This document shows positions 8,826 through 17,860 of a stretch of DNA of 51,482 bases, piece by piece; positions within the stretch are counted from its first letter, which is position 1; every line of letters starts with the position of its first letter. Position numbers and translations under genes: made by a program. This DNA is from Armatimonadota bacterium (lineage in GTDB: Bacteria > Armatimonadota > UBA5829 > DTLH01): positions 1-51,482 of the forward strand of contig JBDKUN010000005.1 of assembly GCA_039679675.1 (NCBI GenBank). Reading direction: 5' to 3'. The notes under the pieces are model-generated. The model did no database searches and was not told the DNA's origin. It was given only the letters and a program-made list of their open reading frames with translations.

Positions 8826-10028
8826 GTGCTTTTACCTTATCGTGTAAAAAATCCTCCAAAGAAGTTTCCAGTTGTTACAGTCAGTTTGATAGCGATAAAT
8901 GTGCTTGTCTATATATGCACAACCGACTCGCTTCTGCATATCAAGGAACATGTGCTTGATAATTACGCTTTTGCATTGGGTTCCTCTCCGTTCTTGAATT
9001 TCATCACGGCAGCATTCCTGCACGCGAATTTATTCCACCTTATTGGAAACATGTTGTTTCTCTGGGTTTTTGGACCGCCTGTTGAAGACAGGCTTGGCGT
9101 TTGGAAATACCTTCTTGTATATTTCGCCACAGGGCTTGCGGGCGACTTACTAGAGGCTGCAATAGAATTCGCGGTTACAGGTAAAACATGCCCCGGTATA
9201 GGTGCATCCGGGTGCATTATGGGAATTCTTGGAGCTTACTGGTATATCTTTTCGTGGAGTACTGTCTGTGTATTTTATTTCTTCTGGATATTTATCCGTC
9301 CCTATGTTGGTGTGTGGGAAGTCGCCGCAATCTGGATAATTGGGCTATTTTTCCTTATGGATCTACTGGAAGGATTTCTATTTGGCGTAACCGGTGTGAG
9401 CGGCGGTGTAGCTAATTTCGCTCACGTAGGAGGTGCATTCACAGGAGCGGTACTGTGCATTGCACTAAAAGCAAAACGCGATACGGAGTCAGTTTCTGAA
9501 GCGAAAGCGATCCAGGCGGATATGAAAGACCTGTCATTGATGCCAGCTCACGCACTTGAAACAATGCTTGAACAAGACCCGACTAATATAGATATCATCA
9601 AAGCAATGGCTAAGCCGGGTCTCTCATACAGCCAGAATATGACACTGGAAAAAGCCTTCATAAATGCAACCCCAGTCCTTATAGATAGAGACCCTGCGTT
9701 TGTTATGTATTACCTTATGACGCTTCGCAGAAATATAGATATTCTTCCGTCGATGTATCTGCTTCGCCTTGCCAGAGTGATGGAACGCTCAGCTGCGTCT
9801 CATGATATCCTCAGCATCTATGGACGTATCATTCAGAGGGACCCTGTGTCTCCTGATGCCGAAACAGCGCTTTACAGAATGGCGGAATACCACCTGAATG
9901 TGCTTAATGACAAAGAAAGCACCAAAAACTGCCTTCGTGAGCTGGCAAAACGATTTCCGAACGGCCCGATGACCCAGTTCGGACGAATATTATGGAATCG
10001 AGCCACACAGCCCACCCAGCATCATTAG
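8826..10028 (+). CDS. Rhomboid intramembrane serine protease with soluble TPR-like C-terminal domain
   Basis: FLHANLFHLIGNM, GASG, AHVGG motifs; helical C-terminus. Confidence 0.88.
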   Translation: MLLPYRVKNPPKKFPVVTVSLIAINVLVYICTTDSLLHIKEHVLDNYAFALGSSPFLNFITAAFLHANLFHLIGNMLFLWVFGPPVEDRLGVWKYLLVYFATGLAGDLLEAAIEFAVTGKTCPGIGASGCIMGILGAYWYIFSWSTVCVFYFFWIFIRPYVGVWEVAAIWIIGLFFLMDLLEGFLFGVTGVSGGVANFAHVGGAFTGAVLCIALKAKRDTESVSEAKAIQADMKDLSLMPAHALETMLEQDPTNIDIIKAMAKPGLSYSQNMTLEKAFINATPVLIDRDPAFVMYYLMTLRRNIDILPSMYLLRLARVMERSAASHDILSIYGRIIQRDPVSPDAETALYRMAEYHLNVLNDKESTKNCLRELAKRFPNGPMTQFGRILWNRATQPTQHH

Positions 10029-10039
10029 GTAAAAATAAA

Positions 10040-10069
10040 CAAGGGTACCGCGCCTATACGGTACCCTTG
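10040..10069. terminator. Hairpin between convergent genes
   Basis: CAAGGGTACCG/CGGTACCCTTG stem. Confidence 0.6.
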
Positions 10070-10113
10070 ATAAAGCCGTTCTATCGCCCCCATGCTCTGC
10101 GTTTATGCAGGCA

Positions 10114-10425
10114 TTATTCACTGAATGTGTGCAGCACGGTCAGCGTTCTCGTACTGTTATCACAGACACTCATAAAATCTTGGATCCGGTTCCACAATCG
10201 ACTCCAGAAGCCTCTTTCCGCCGCATTTGCTCCTCCTTTTGAGCCTTCACCCATTTCCGAATCAAAGAAAGCCCTGAGGTCACGAAGCAACCTGACTTTA
10301 GCTTCTTCCGGCAGGTCTCTTGCCCGGTCCACCTTGTGCATCCGCAGATGCTTTTCAATTATCCTTACACCCCGGTTTGCAACTCCCTGAGGCACATCCG
10401 GTGTGTCAGGAAAGAGTTTCTTCAT
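10114..10425 (-). CDS. Small hypothetical protein (103 aa)
   Basis: GGAAGG RBS before ATG 10425; shares a motif with the upstream ORF. Confidence 0.55.
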   Translation of the reverse strand: MKKLFPDTPDVPQGVANRGVRIIEKHLRMHKVDRARDLPEEAKVRLLRDLRAFFDSEMGEGSKGGANAAERGFWSRLWNRIQDFMSVCDNSTRTLTVLHTFSE

Positions 10426-10439
10426 CTGATACCTTCCAT

Positions 10440-10691
10440 CTATACCGCAGATAGATCGCTGATCAGACTCACTCGCTGTTCCGGGCAAAGAGTTACTGGC
10501 CTTAGGTCTCTGCCCTGCAATTTTGACTCGAAATCCAGATGACGATCTATGACTTCCGCCATCAGGTTTGCATTCCCTACAATTACATCCCAGTCTTCCG
10601 CTATTTTAATCGGAAGCTCTTCAACCACATCTCTGTCTTCAATTACTTCGCTATCACGTTCCAGAAAACGTCTCAACTTTTGCATCGTCAT
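10440..10691 (-). CDS. Small hypothetical protein (83 aa)
   Basis: GAGGTGA RBS-like sequence at the 5' end; candidate promoter upstream. Confidence 0.55.
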   Translation of the reverse strand: MTMQKLRRFLERDSEVIEDRDVVEELPIKIAEDWDVIVGNANLMAEVIDRHLDFESKLQGRDLRPVTLCPEQRVSLISDLSAV

Positions 10692-10729
10692 TCACCTCGT
10701 TTTTACCTCGATAGGTGCTCAGAGTTTGC

Positions 10730-10755
10730 TTACCCAAGTGGCAATTGGACTAAAC
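10730..10755 (-). promoter_or_regulatory. Candidate SigB/SigF-type promoter GTTT-N16-GGGTAA
   Basis: Motif lies about 40 nt upstream of the ORF starting at 10691. Confidence 0.55.
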
Positions 10756-10825
10756 GACAGCATATTAGCGTATGAGTTGTTGACAATACATTTTATATGG
10801 TCTTCGAACAGCCACAGGTAGACAC

Positions 10826-10854
10826 TTGACTACTATTACAGCTTGTAGTAATAT
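10826..10854 (+). promoter_or_regulatory. Sigma70-type promoter TTGACT-N17-TAATAT
   Basis: Near-consensus with 17-nt spacer, upstream of the ORF at 10897. Confidence 0.5.
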
Positions 10855-10896
10855 ATTTAAGCTGTTGCAATGAATATCATATTAAGGACAGTAACA

Positions 10897-11448
10897 ATGC
10901 AAATCTGTATCACACAAATAAACGGAGTCCGGCATTTCAGCCGGTTTAAGAATATCCCTGATAGAGACCGGCTCGAAATCGAATTGACTATAGAAGACGG
11001 GCGTCAGAAAGTTTTCAGCTTTGACCTGACGGATTTGATGTTCGAGCAATTCGAAAAGTATCCTGAGATACTGCACAGGAAAAGGGTCATACCAAAAGAC
11101 TACCTTCCGGAAGAACAACCTGAGAAAAGACGGGTAAAAGCATCGAAGCCTGCTGTCGCTGCTAATAATTCTGTAGAGAAGCCCGAAACCACGGCAAAGA
11201 AGCGAACCGCCAAAGCTATTGGGAAAGTCGGAAAAGCCGAAAAGGCTGTTGAAACTAAAACAGTCGGTAAATCCAAGTCCAAGCCGCTTGACGTAGGCAA
11301 TCAGGCTAAAAAACCTTCATCCAGAAGCATATCAGCACCCAAACAGGCTACAAAACCTGTTCAGGCCAAAGCTAAAGCAAGCGGCAGACCCAAAGCATCT
11401 TCCTCTTTGGACCGGAAGACGAGTAAAACGAAGCTGGTCAAGGCTTGA
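10897..11448 (+). CDS. Hypothetical protein with Lys/Ala/Ser-rich (histone H1-like) C-terminal tail
   Basis: About 70-aa globular-looking N-terminus then about 110 aa rich in K/A/S/P; start 10897 or 10870. Confidence 0.7.
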   Translation: MQICITQINGVRHFSRFKNIPDRDRLEIELTIEDGRQKVFSFDLTDLMFEQFEKYPEILHRKRVIPKDYLPEEQPEKRRVKASKPAVAANNSVEKPETTAKKRTAKAIGKVGKAEKAVETKTVGKSKSKPLDVGNQAKKPSSRSISAPKQATKPVQAKAKASGRPKASSSLDRKTSKTKLVKA

Positions 11449-11566
11449 TGATGTAAAACATCTGCCGTTTATATGTGAAATTCAATCTTCCTGACCATTC
11501 CAGGAGCTGTATCAAAATCGTATGCAGCTAGACAATCTCCGCGGCTACAGCAGCCCGATCGAAGTG

Positions 11567-11730
11567 ATTGCCAGTGCAACTATTCTTCCAAATCTACAAC
11601 TTTTACTAGAGAGTTTCGAGTAATGATGTAACAAACCTACGGATACCTAACCAGTCATTGATACTGCTGTATCTGTTGGTTTTACACTCAAACTCGAAAC
11701 TCTCCCGGAAGAAGTTTTGCCTGAAACAAT
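11567..11730. ncRNA. Candidate rod-like structured RNA (6S-like or other) or MITE-like palindrome
   Basis: Perfect 13-bp inverted repeat 11609-11621/11692-11704 with nested and outer stems, in a 430-bp intergenic gap. Confidence 0.35.
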
Positions 11731-11883
11731 GCTTAATACTCGTTACATCAACTGGCAAAACTCTGTAAGTAATGCTCTCCTATGTGACTCATGACAGGTA
11801 TTGACGCAAAATAAGCATAGAAGGTAACGATTATTTTGGGTAGTAGCACTAAAAGAATTGGATGTAAAAGGAGGTCTAGAGTC

Positions 11884-12288
11884 ATGAGTGTACGGGTTTA
11901 CGGCAGTAACCACATAGCTATCGAGGTAGATAATGTAGAAAAGGCCATAGAATTCTACACGGACGTTTTTAATCTTGAAAAACTCGATGCAGGCGAGGGC
12001 AACGCGTTTTTCAAGCTTGGAGAGCATCAATTCCTGGCGATGTTCGAGGTCGATGAAGTGAAACAGAGCGAAATGAGGCACTTCGGAATTATCGTACGGG
12101 ACGAAGAACAGCTTGCAGAAGTGCGCAGAAAGGTAACGGAGAAGTATGGGCTGAAACTCATCCCACCGTTTCGTTGCGATTTTCGAGATCCGTTCGGCAA
12201 CAGAATCCAGGTGGTCGATCTCCACGATGAATCGCTCATCTGGCTGCTGCCTTATCAGGAAGTACAGAAGGCCGGCATCAAATTTTAG
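11884..12288 (+). CDS. VOC/glyoxalase-family protein
   Basis: NHIAIEVDNVEKAIEFYTDVF, RHFGI, FRDPFGNRIQV; AGGAGG RBS. Confidence 0.88.
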   Translation: MSVRVYGSNHIAIEVDNVEKAIEFYTDVFNLEKLDAGEGNAFFKLGEHQFLAMFEVDEVKQSEMRHFGIIVRDEEQLAEVRRKVTEKYGLKLIPPFRCDFRDPFGNRIQVVDLHDESLIWLLPYQEVQKAGIKF

Positions 12289-12427
12289 GCTTTCACAACC
12301 AATACACCTCGAGATTTAGTTGATATTTCATCAAAACAAGCTAACGACTCATCGGTTTCAGTCGTATAAAATAAAGGCCGATCTTGACGGTCGAGCTTAT
12401 TAGGTTTTATACTAAATCTCGAAAATT

Positions 12428-14032
12428 ATGACTACACAAAAAACTGTTACCAAGGCCGCCGGAATAATGATGGTCATGATCATGTTGAGCAGAGCGCTCG
12501 GAATGGTCAGAGATATGGTCATCAGCGGAGTATTCGGACAAGGCAGCAATACCGATGTTTATTATGCTGCATTCAACCTTCCTGACCTCCTCTTCTACTT
12601 AATAGCCGGCGGAGTTTTATCCAGCGCATTCGTGCCAGTCTTCGTAGAGTATATCTCCAAGGGTAAAAAAGAAGAAGCATGGCACCTGTTCAGCATCATC
12701 GCATCAGTGATGTTTTTAGTTATTGGTGCATTCATCATACTCGGCGAGATTTTCACCCGTCAGCTTGTCCCTTTGGTGGCCGCGCCCGGATTTGGCCCAC
12801 AAGCACTGGACCGGGTAGCGCATCTTACCAGAATAGTTCTCCCCGCACAGCTCTTCTTCTTTATGGGCGGACTGATGATGGCTTCGCTCTGGGCGCACCA
12901 ACAGTTTACAGCGCCTGGGTTGGGCCCGAGCATCTATAACATCGGAATAATCATCGGCGGAGCTATTGCAGGCCATATTCTTGGCCCGGTAGCAGGCATT
13001 GACGGCCTTGCCTGGGGTGCGCTTACGGGTGCATTCTTAGGCAACTTCGTGCTGCAATATGTGGTGCTGCGCCGATACGGGCTCAAGTTCAAACCATGCC
13101 TTAATGTAAGACACCCTGACGCAGTCAGAGTATGGAAGCTGATGATCCCGGTCATTTTCAGCCTTTCCCTGCCACAAGTAGATGTTTGGGTCAACAAATG
13201 GCTGGCGTCTTATCTTTCATCAGGGGTCGTATCAGCAATAGACAGGTCCAATAGACTTATGCAGGTACCGATAGGCATCTTTGGACAATCGATTGCTATC
13301 GGGTTCTATACGACACTTGCTGCCCAGTTCGCAACCAACAAGATGAAAGAGTTCAGAGAGACTCTGAACTACGGGCTTCGCGCAATTTTGTTCGTATCAA
13401 TTCCGGCAACAGTGCTTATGATCGTGCTCTGTAAGCCGTTGATCCAACTCCTGTTCCAGCACGGAAGATTCAGTGCCGGAGCTACCCAGCTTGTGTCAGG
13501 AGCCTTAATATTCTATGCTCTTGGAATTGCTGCCTGGTCTATGCAGGCACTTATAGCTCGTGCCTTCTACTCCATGCAGAATACCTGGATCCCGGTCGTG
13601 ACCGGAACTATAGTGACGTTCATCTTCATTCCGATGAACATAGGACTTATGCATATAATAGGTTATAAGGGGCTCGCCATTGCCACTACAATCGCAGCAT
13701 CTCTTCATTCACTGATAATGCTGGTAATGCTCAGGCGTAAAGCTGGTGGAATCGGAGCCAAACGGATTCTTGTTTCTGCAGGTAAAGTAAGTCTCGCATC
13801 CGCAATTATGGGTGCTGCAATGTGGATCGTTATGATAAGGCTCCCGAAATATTTACCTGCCGGTCTTCCTTTCAAGGTCCATGCAGGGCTTGGCCTTTTG
13901 GTTCCTTTGGCCATCGGCGGCGGCTTATTCGTCGCATGCGTACACGTATTGAAGCTCGAGGAATCTGCAACTGTCTGGAATATGATCAAAAACAAATTCA
14001 CCCGCAAGCGTGCAACGGCAGCAAACGCATAG
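12428..14032 (+). CDS. murJ: Lipid II flippase MurJ (MviN)
   Basis: LSRALGMVRD...AFNLPDLL...GG.LSSAFVPVF, RLMQVPIGIFG, RAFYS; multiple TM segments. Confidence 0.93.
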   Translation: MTTQKTVTKAAGIMMVMIMLSRALGMVRDMVISGVFGQGSNTDVYYAAFNLPDLLFYLIAGGVLSSAFVPVFVEYISKGKKEEAWHLFSIIASVMFLVIGAFIILGEIFTRQLVPLVAAPGFGPQALDRVAHLTRIVLPAQLFFFMGGLMMASLWAHQQFTAPGLGPSIYNIGIIIGGAIAGHILGPVAGIDGLAWGALTGAFLGNFVLQYVVLRRYGLKFKPCLNVRHPDAVRVWKLMIPVIFSLSLPQVDVWVNKWLASYLSSGVVSAIDRSNRLMQVPIGIFGQSIAIGFYTTLAAQFATNKMKEFRETLNYGLRAILFVSIPATVLMIVLCKPLIQLLFQHGRFSAGATQLVSGALIFYALGIAAWSMQALIARAFYSMQNTWIPVVTGTIVTFIFIPMNIGLMHIIGYKGLAIATTIAASLHSLIMLVMLRRKAGGIGAKRILVSAGKVSLASAIMGAAMWIVMIRLPKYLPAGLPFKVHAGLGLLVPLAIGGGLFVACVHVLKLEESATVWNMIKNKFTRKRATAANA

Positions 14033-14067
14033 CATTCATTAAGTTGTATGCTTAGCCGATATTTCTA

Positions 14068-14096
14068 TTGCGGAAGCGCGTGAGCTATGGTATAAT
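14068..14096 (+). promoter_or_regulatory. Sigma70 promoter for tRNA-Pro
   Basis: TTGCGG-N17-TATAAT with TG extension, 11 nt upstream of the tRNA. Confidence 0.6.
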
Positions 14097-14107
14097 CTTC
14101 TGGTCGG

Positions 14108-14184
14108 CGGGGCGTGGCTCAGCTTGGTAGAGCGCTCGTTTCGGGTGCGAGAGGTCGGGAGTTCAAATCTCCCCGCCCCGACCA
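14108..14184 (+). tRNA. tRNA-Pro (anticodon CGG)
   Basis: CGGGGCG/CGCCCCG acceptor stem, D-loop AGCTTGGTA, anticodon arm CTCGT-TTCGGGT-GCGAG, GTTCAAATC T-loop, encoded CCA. Confidence 0.97.
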
Positions 14185-14188
14185 TATG

Positions 14189-14219
14189 ACACCCTGCTCT
14201 ATTGAGCAGGGTGTTTTTT
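14189..14219 (+). terminator. Intrinsic terminator after tRNA-Pro
   Basis: ACACCCTGCTC/GAGCAGGGTGT stem plus T-tract. Confidence 0.85.
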
Positions 14220-14274
14220 CATGTTCAGGTTTATATTTCCGTAATGCTATTCGTTATTTAAGAAAAGAGCGATA

Positions 14275-15507
14275 ATGATGAAGGTGAAAGTGGGAGTTTT
14301 TGGCGGAGGGCGAGGCCAAACTCTTATAGATGTCCTGGCGAAGCATCCCAATGCCGAATTGGTAGCGATATGTGATTCCTCTGAACCTAAACTGGAAGGC
14401 TGTAGAAAGCTCGCCGCCGGCCTTGGTGTAGAGGTAGTACTCTATACTGACTTTGACAAGTTCGTCGCGCATGACATGGATGCAGTCGTACTGGCGAATT
14501 TTGCCACTGAGCATGCTCCTTACGCTGTTAAGCTGCTGGATTCAGGAAGGCATGTCTTTAGCGAGGTTCTGGCCTGCCAGAATATGGCTGAAGCTGTTGA
14601 GCTTGTAGAAGCAGTGGAACGAAGCGGAAAAATCTATGATTATGGCGAGAACTACTGCTACTTCCGCGGGACTTTTGAAATGCAGAGGCTGTACAAGCAA
14701 GGTGATCTCGGCGAGTTTCTGCATGCCGAAGGCGATTATGTTCACGACTGCGAAAGCATCTGGTCTGAGATTACATCAGGTCAAAAGAGCCATTGGCGCA
14801 ACTGGGCTCAGTCCACTTTCTACTGCACCCATTCAGTCGGGCCGATTATCACGATAACCGGAACAAGACCAGTTCGCGTCACTGCCTATGAAACGCCCAA
14901 CATCACTTCACGCAAATTAGGCCGCAAAGCCGCTGACGGGGCATTGATCGTCTGCCAGATGAGCAACGGCGCCACTGCCAAGTTCCTGCCTTGGTCGATG
15001 TACAAGCGCGAGCCTGCTGACATCTGGTACGCAGTATATGGCACAAAAGGAATGGCCGAAACCGACAGATGGGGCGATACCAGCGAAAGAATAAATCTGT
15101 ATCTGGAAAAAGAAGGCAAGGTCAGAAACTATATTCCTGAATTTCCTTATGAATCGGAGCTATCCAAGAGTATAAGCGGGCATGGTGGGTCTGATTTTCA
15201 CACTATTGATTTCTTTATTGATGCCATACTGGACCGGCCAGGCAAGGAACATATCATAGATGTGTATCAGGCTCTGGATATGACGTTTCCAGGCATTCTC
15301 GGATACAAGTCCATTTGTGAAGGTAATGCTCCAATAGATGTCCCTGATTTCCGCAATAAGAGCATTAGAGATAGATATCGGAATGACAACTGGTGCGTCA
15401 ATCCCAAATTATCCGGTCCAGGACAACCTGATTCCATCCATACATTCGGACCTGTGGAAATACCTGATTCCGTCTATGAGGATATAGCAGCCAAGCTTAA
15501 AGGCTAA
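14275..15507 (+). CDS. Gfo/Idh/MocA-family NAD(P)-dependent oxidoreductase
   Basis: VGVFGGGRG Rossmann start, LVAICD, HVFSEV, GHGGSD motif. Confidence 0.85.
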   Translation: MMKVKVGVFGGGRGQTLIDVLAKHPNAELVAICDSSEPKLEGCRKLAAGLGVEVVLYTDFDKFVAHDMDAVVLANFATEHAPYAVKLLDSGRHVFSEVLACQNMAEAVELVEAVERSGKIYDYGENYCYFRGTFEMQRLYKQGDLGEFLHAEGDYVHDCESIWSEITSGQKSHWRNWAQSTFYCTHSVGPIITITGTRPVRVTAYETPNITSRKLGRKAADGALIVCQMSNGATAKFLPWSMYKREPADIWYAVYGTKGMAETDRWGDTSERINLYLEKEGKVRNYIPEFPYESELSKSISGHGGSDFHTIDFFIDAILDRPGKEHIIDVYQALDMTFPGILGYKSICEGNAPIDVPDFRNKSIRDRYRNDNWCVNPKLSGPGQPDSIHTFGPVEIPDSVYEDIAAKLKG

Positions 15508-15516
15508 GTATACAGA

Positions 15517-16455
15517 ATGACCAATGTATCTTATAAATCACTGGTGCGCATTGAGTCCGGTCCGATGACCGATGAATCATTGGCTGTGCTGAAAAGTGCA
15601 ATCAATGGAAATACCAGCTTACTGGCATCCAAAGCAACGGATATAGCTGCAGATTTCGGGCTTCATGAACTGATTCCTGATATGCTCTCCGCGTTTGGCC
15701 GGTTCATGATCGATGGTGTACACAACGATAAGCTCTGTAACGCCAAAATCTCGATTGTAAACGCACTGAACAAGCTCGAATACATGGGAGATGAGGTCTT
15801 TCGTAAAGGAGCTTATTATATTCAGATGGAGCCCGCGTATGGAAAACCGATCGACGCAGCTGTCAAGGTGCGAATTGGCTGTGCTTACGGACTGGCGCGG
15901 ATCATCCATTCAGATACACCTTATATACTTACCGATCTTCTAGTTGATACCGACCCGAAAGTCCGGGCAGCCGCGGCAAAGTCACTCAGTTATCTCGGCA
16001 ACCCTGAAAGTGAACTTTTGCTGAGATTTAAAGTCCTTACAGGCGATGAAGAACCGGATGTGGTCCACGAGTGTTTCGAAGGACTGATCTCAATGGCTCC
16101 CGAACGGTCTCTCGACTTCGTTTCACGCTATTTGAGGGCTGATGACGCTGCCATAACCCAGTCTGCTGCAATCGCTATCGGCAACTCCAGGCTTTCAAGA
16201 GCCTATGATATGCTGAGAGAGTATTGGGACGATTTTCCATCGTCATCGACTCGCCGGATGCTCATTTTGCCCATCGCACTTGTGAGAAGCACCGAATCAT
16301 TCAATTTTCTGCTCGAAGTAGTCCGAAATGCCGACAAAAAGACCGCTGCGGAGGCAATAGACGCACTTCGCATCTACCCATCTGAAGATAATGTGGCACA
16401 GATAAGAGAAGCAGTGGAAAGCAGAAATGACTCTGAACTTTTGAAGTTGATTTAG
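15517..16455 (+). CDS. HEAT-repeat (PBS lyase-like) protein
   Basis: Repeated helical units such as DLLVDTDPKVRAAAAKSL. Confidence 0.7.
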   Translation: MTNVSYKSLVRIESGPMTDESLAVLKSAINGNTSLLASKATDIAADFGLHELIPDMLSAFGRFMIDGVHNDKLCNAKISIVNALNKLEYMGDEVFRKGAYYIQMEPAYGKPIDAAVKVRIGCAYGLARIIHSDTPYILTDLLVDTDPKVRAAAAKSLSYLGNPESELLLRFKVLTGDEEPDVVHECFEGLISMAPERSLDFVSRYLRADDAAITQSAAIAIGNSRLSRAYDMLREYWDDFPSSSTRRMLILPIALVRSTESFNFLLEVVRNADKKTAAEAIDALRIYPSEDNVAQIREAVESRNDSELLKLI

Positions 16456-16702
16456 CTGATAGCCATCAGCTTTTGAAACGCGAATTACGCGGATTTAACG
16501 GATTTCGCGAATGGGGGACTTAAAGTATCTACAATAAGGCCCTTTGTATGCTTCGGGACCGCAGTTACCCCGTGGACCTACCGGACCACGGGGAGCCGAA
16601 GCACGACATTCACTAATTCGAAAAGTTGGCTTCGGCGCAAACGACGCGCCGAAGCATAAGTCTCCATCAGTCCTCTTCTGTTCCCTGTCACCTGTTCCCT
16701 GT
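16454..16702. repeat. Intergenic cluster of REP-like hairpins and short repeats
   Basis: AGCTGAT/ATCAGCT; CGCGAAT/CGGATTT run 16471-16514; two GCTTCGG...CCGAAGC hairpins; CTGTTCC/CTGTCAC heptamers. Confidence 0.6.
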
Positions 16703-17860
16703 AAACGCTGCTATCGCAGCGTCATATACCTGTTTCACCGGCATGCAGTGCTCCTCAGCAGCCCGTTTGCAGTCGTCGTATTCCGGGGATGCGTTCACCA
16801 CCTGGCCGTTCAGTTGGCCTGTTTTGATACGCACCTTGCCGAACTCCGTTTCAACTTCCTGCCACTGCCGCTCAAGGCATACGCGTTCCATATGTTGTAT
16901 CCGCACGCCAAGAGTCGATGTCTCTTGGAGCACCATTTCGATGGCTTTCTGCTCAAGCTCCGGCGAACAAATGACCGAAAGAAGCGTCCCCGGACGGTTC
17001 TTCTTCATCTGGATAGGGCTCAGAAAAACATCCAATACGCCCATTGCGAAGAGCCTGTCCATAACAAAATCGTAAATCTGCGGGTTAAGGTCGTCTATAT
17101 TCGTCTGAATTACAGAAACTTCATCCGCAGGAGTCTTCTTATCAACGGCTTCACCCAGCATCACCCTAAGCACATTTGGAAAGCCGTGGTCCTGCGTTCC
17201 AGCGCCATAACCGACCGTCTCGACGGACATCGGCGGCATCTGGCCGAAGTCTGATGAGAGTGTGGTAATAATAGCTGCACCGGTTGGAGTCACAAGCTCG
17301 CCTTCTGCGCCAAGCTCACGCCATGGGACACCCTTTAGAAGCTCCATTGTGGCCGGTGCAGGAAGTGGAAATGTGCCGTGGGAACCGGTAGCGAAACCAT
17401 GAAACGTAGGCATCGGACTAGAGACGATCTTTGGCCTACCAAGAAGATCCAGACAGATTGCAGTCCCGATGATATCGACGATTGCATCGACCGCGCCGAC
17501 CTCATGGAAATGCACATCTTCCGGGCTGGAACCATGGACTGTCGCTTCCGCCTCAGCAAGTCGTTTGAATATTGCGCTGGACTTCTCTTTCACCCAATCA
17601 GACAAGTCTGCGTCGTCGATTATGGCCAGAATATCCCCTAGTCTCCTGTGATGATGGTGATGATGCTCCAGAACAACTTCGACATCTGTCGCAGCTATGT
17701 GGTTCTTCTCAATTTTCTTGACCTCAAGAGTATAGCCATCTACACCCAGGCTGGATAGTGATTTACAGAGCTTTTCCGGGTCAGCCCCTACCCCGATAAG
17801 CGCGCCAAGGGTCATGTCCCCGCTGATACCTGCAAAACAATCGAAATATGCTATTTTCAT
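16688..17860 (-). CDS. larC: Nickel pincer cofactor nickel-insertion protein LarC
   Basis: YFDCFAGISGDM.LGAL, HHHHHH, VHFHEVGAVDAIVDI, ELVTPTGAAI, TNIDD, MKKNRPG, PEYDDC. Confidence 0.95.
   Translation of the reverse strand: MKIAYFDCFAGISGDMTLGALIGVGADPEKLCKSLSSLGVDGYTLEVKKIEKNHIAATDVEVVLEHHHHHHRRLGDILAIIDDADLSDWVKEKSSAIFKRLAEAEATVHGSSPEDVHFHEVGAVDAIVDIIGTAICLDLLGRPKIVSSPMPTFHGFATGSHGTFPLPAPATMELLKGVPWRELGAEGELVTPTGAAIITTLSSDFGQMPPMSVETVGYGAGTQDHGFPNVLRVMLGEAVDKKTPADEVSVIQTNIDDLNPQIYDFVMDRLFAMGVLDVFLSPIQMKKNRPGTLLSVICSPELEQKAIEMVLQETSTLGVRIQHMERVCLERQWQEVETEFGKVRIKTGQLNGQVVNASPEYDDCKRAAEEHCMPVKQVYDAAIAAFTGNR

Noticed and set aside
11645..11682. Integron attC-like site (CCTAAC...GTTGG)
   Set aside because: Too short, poor internal symmetry, no integrase or cassette array
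14108..16455. Genomic island integrated at tRNA-Pro
   Set aside because: No duplicated tRNA 3' end or integrase seen in the window
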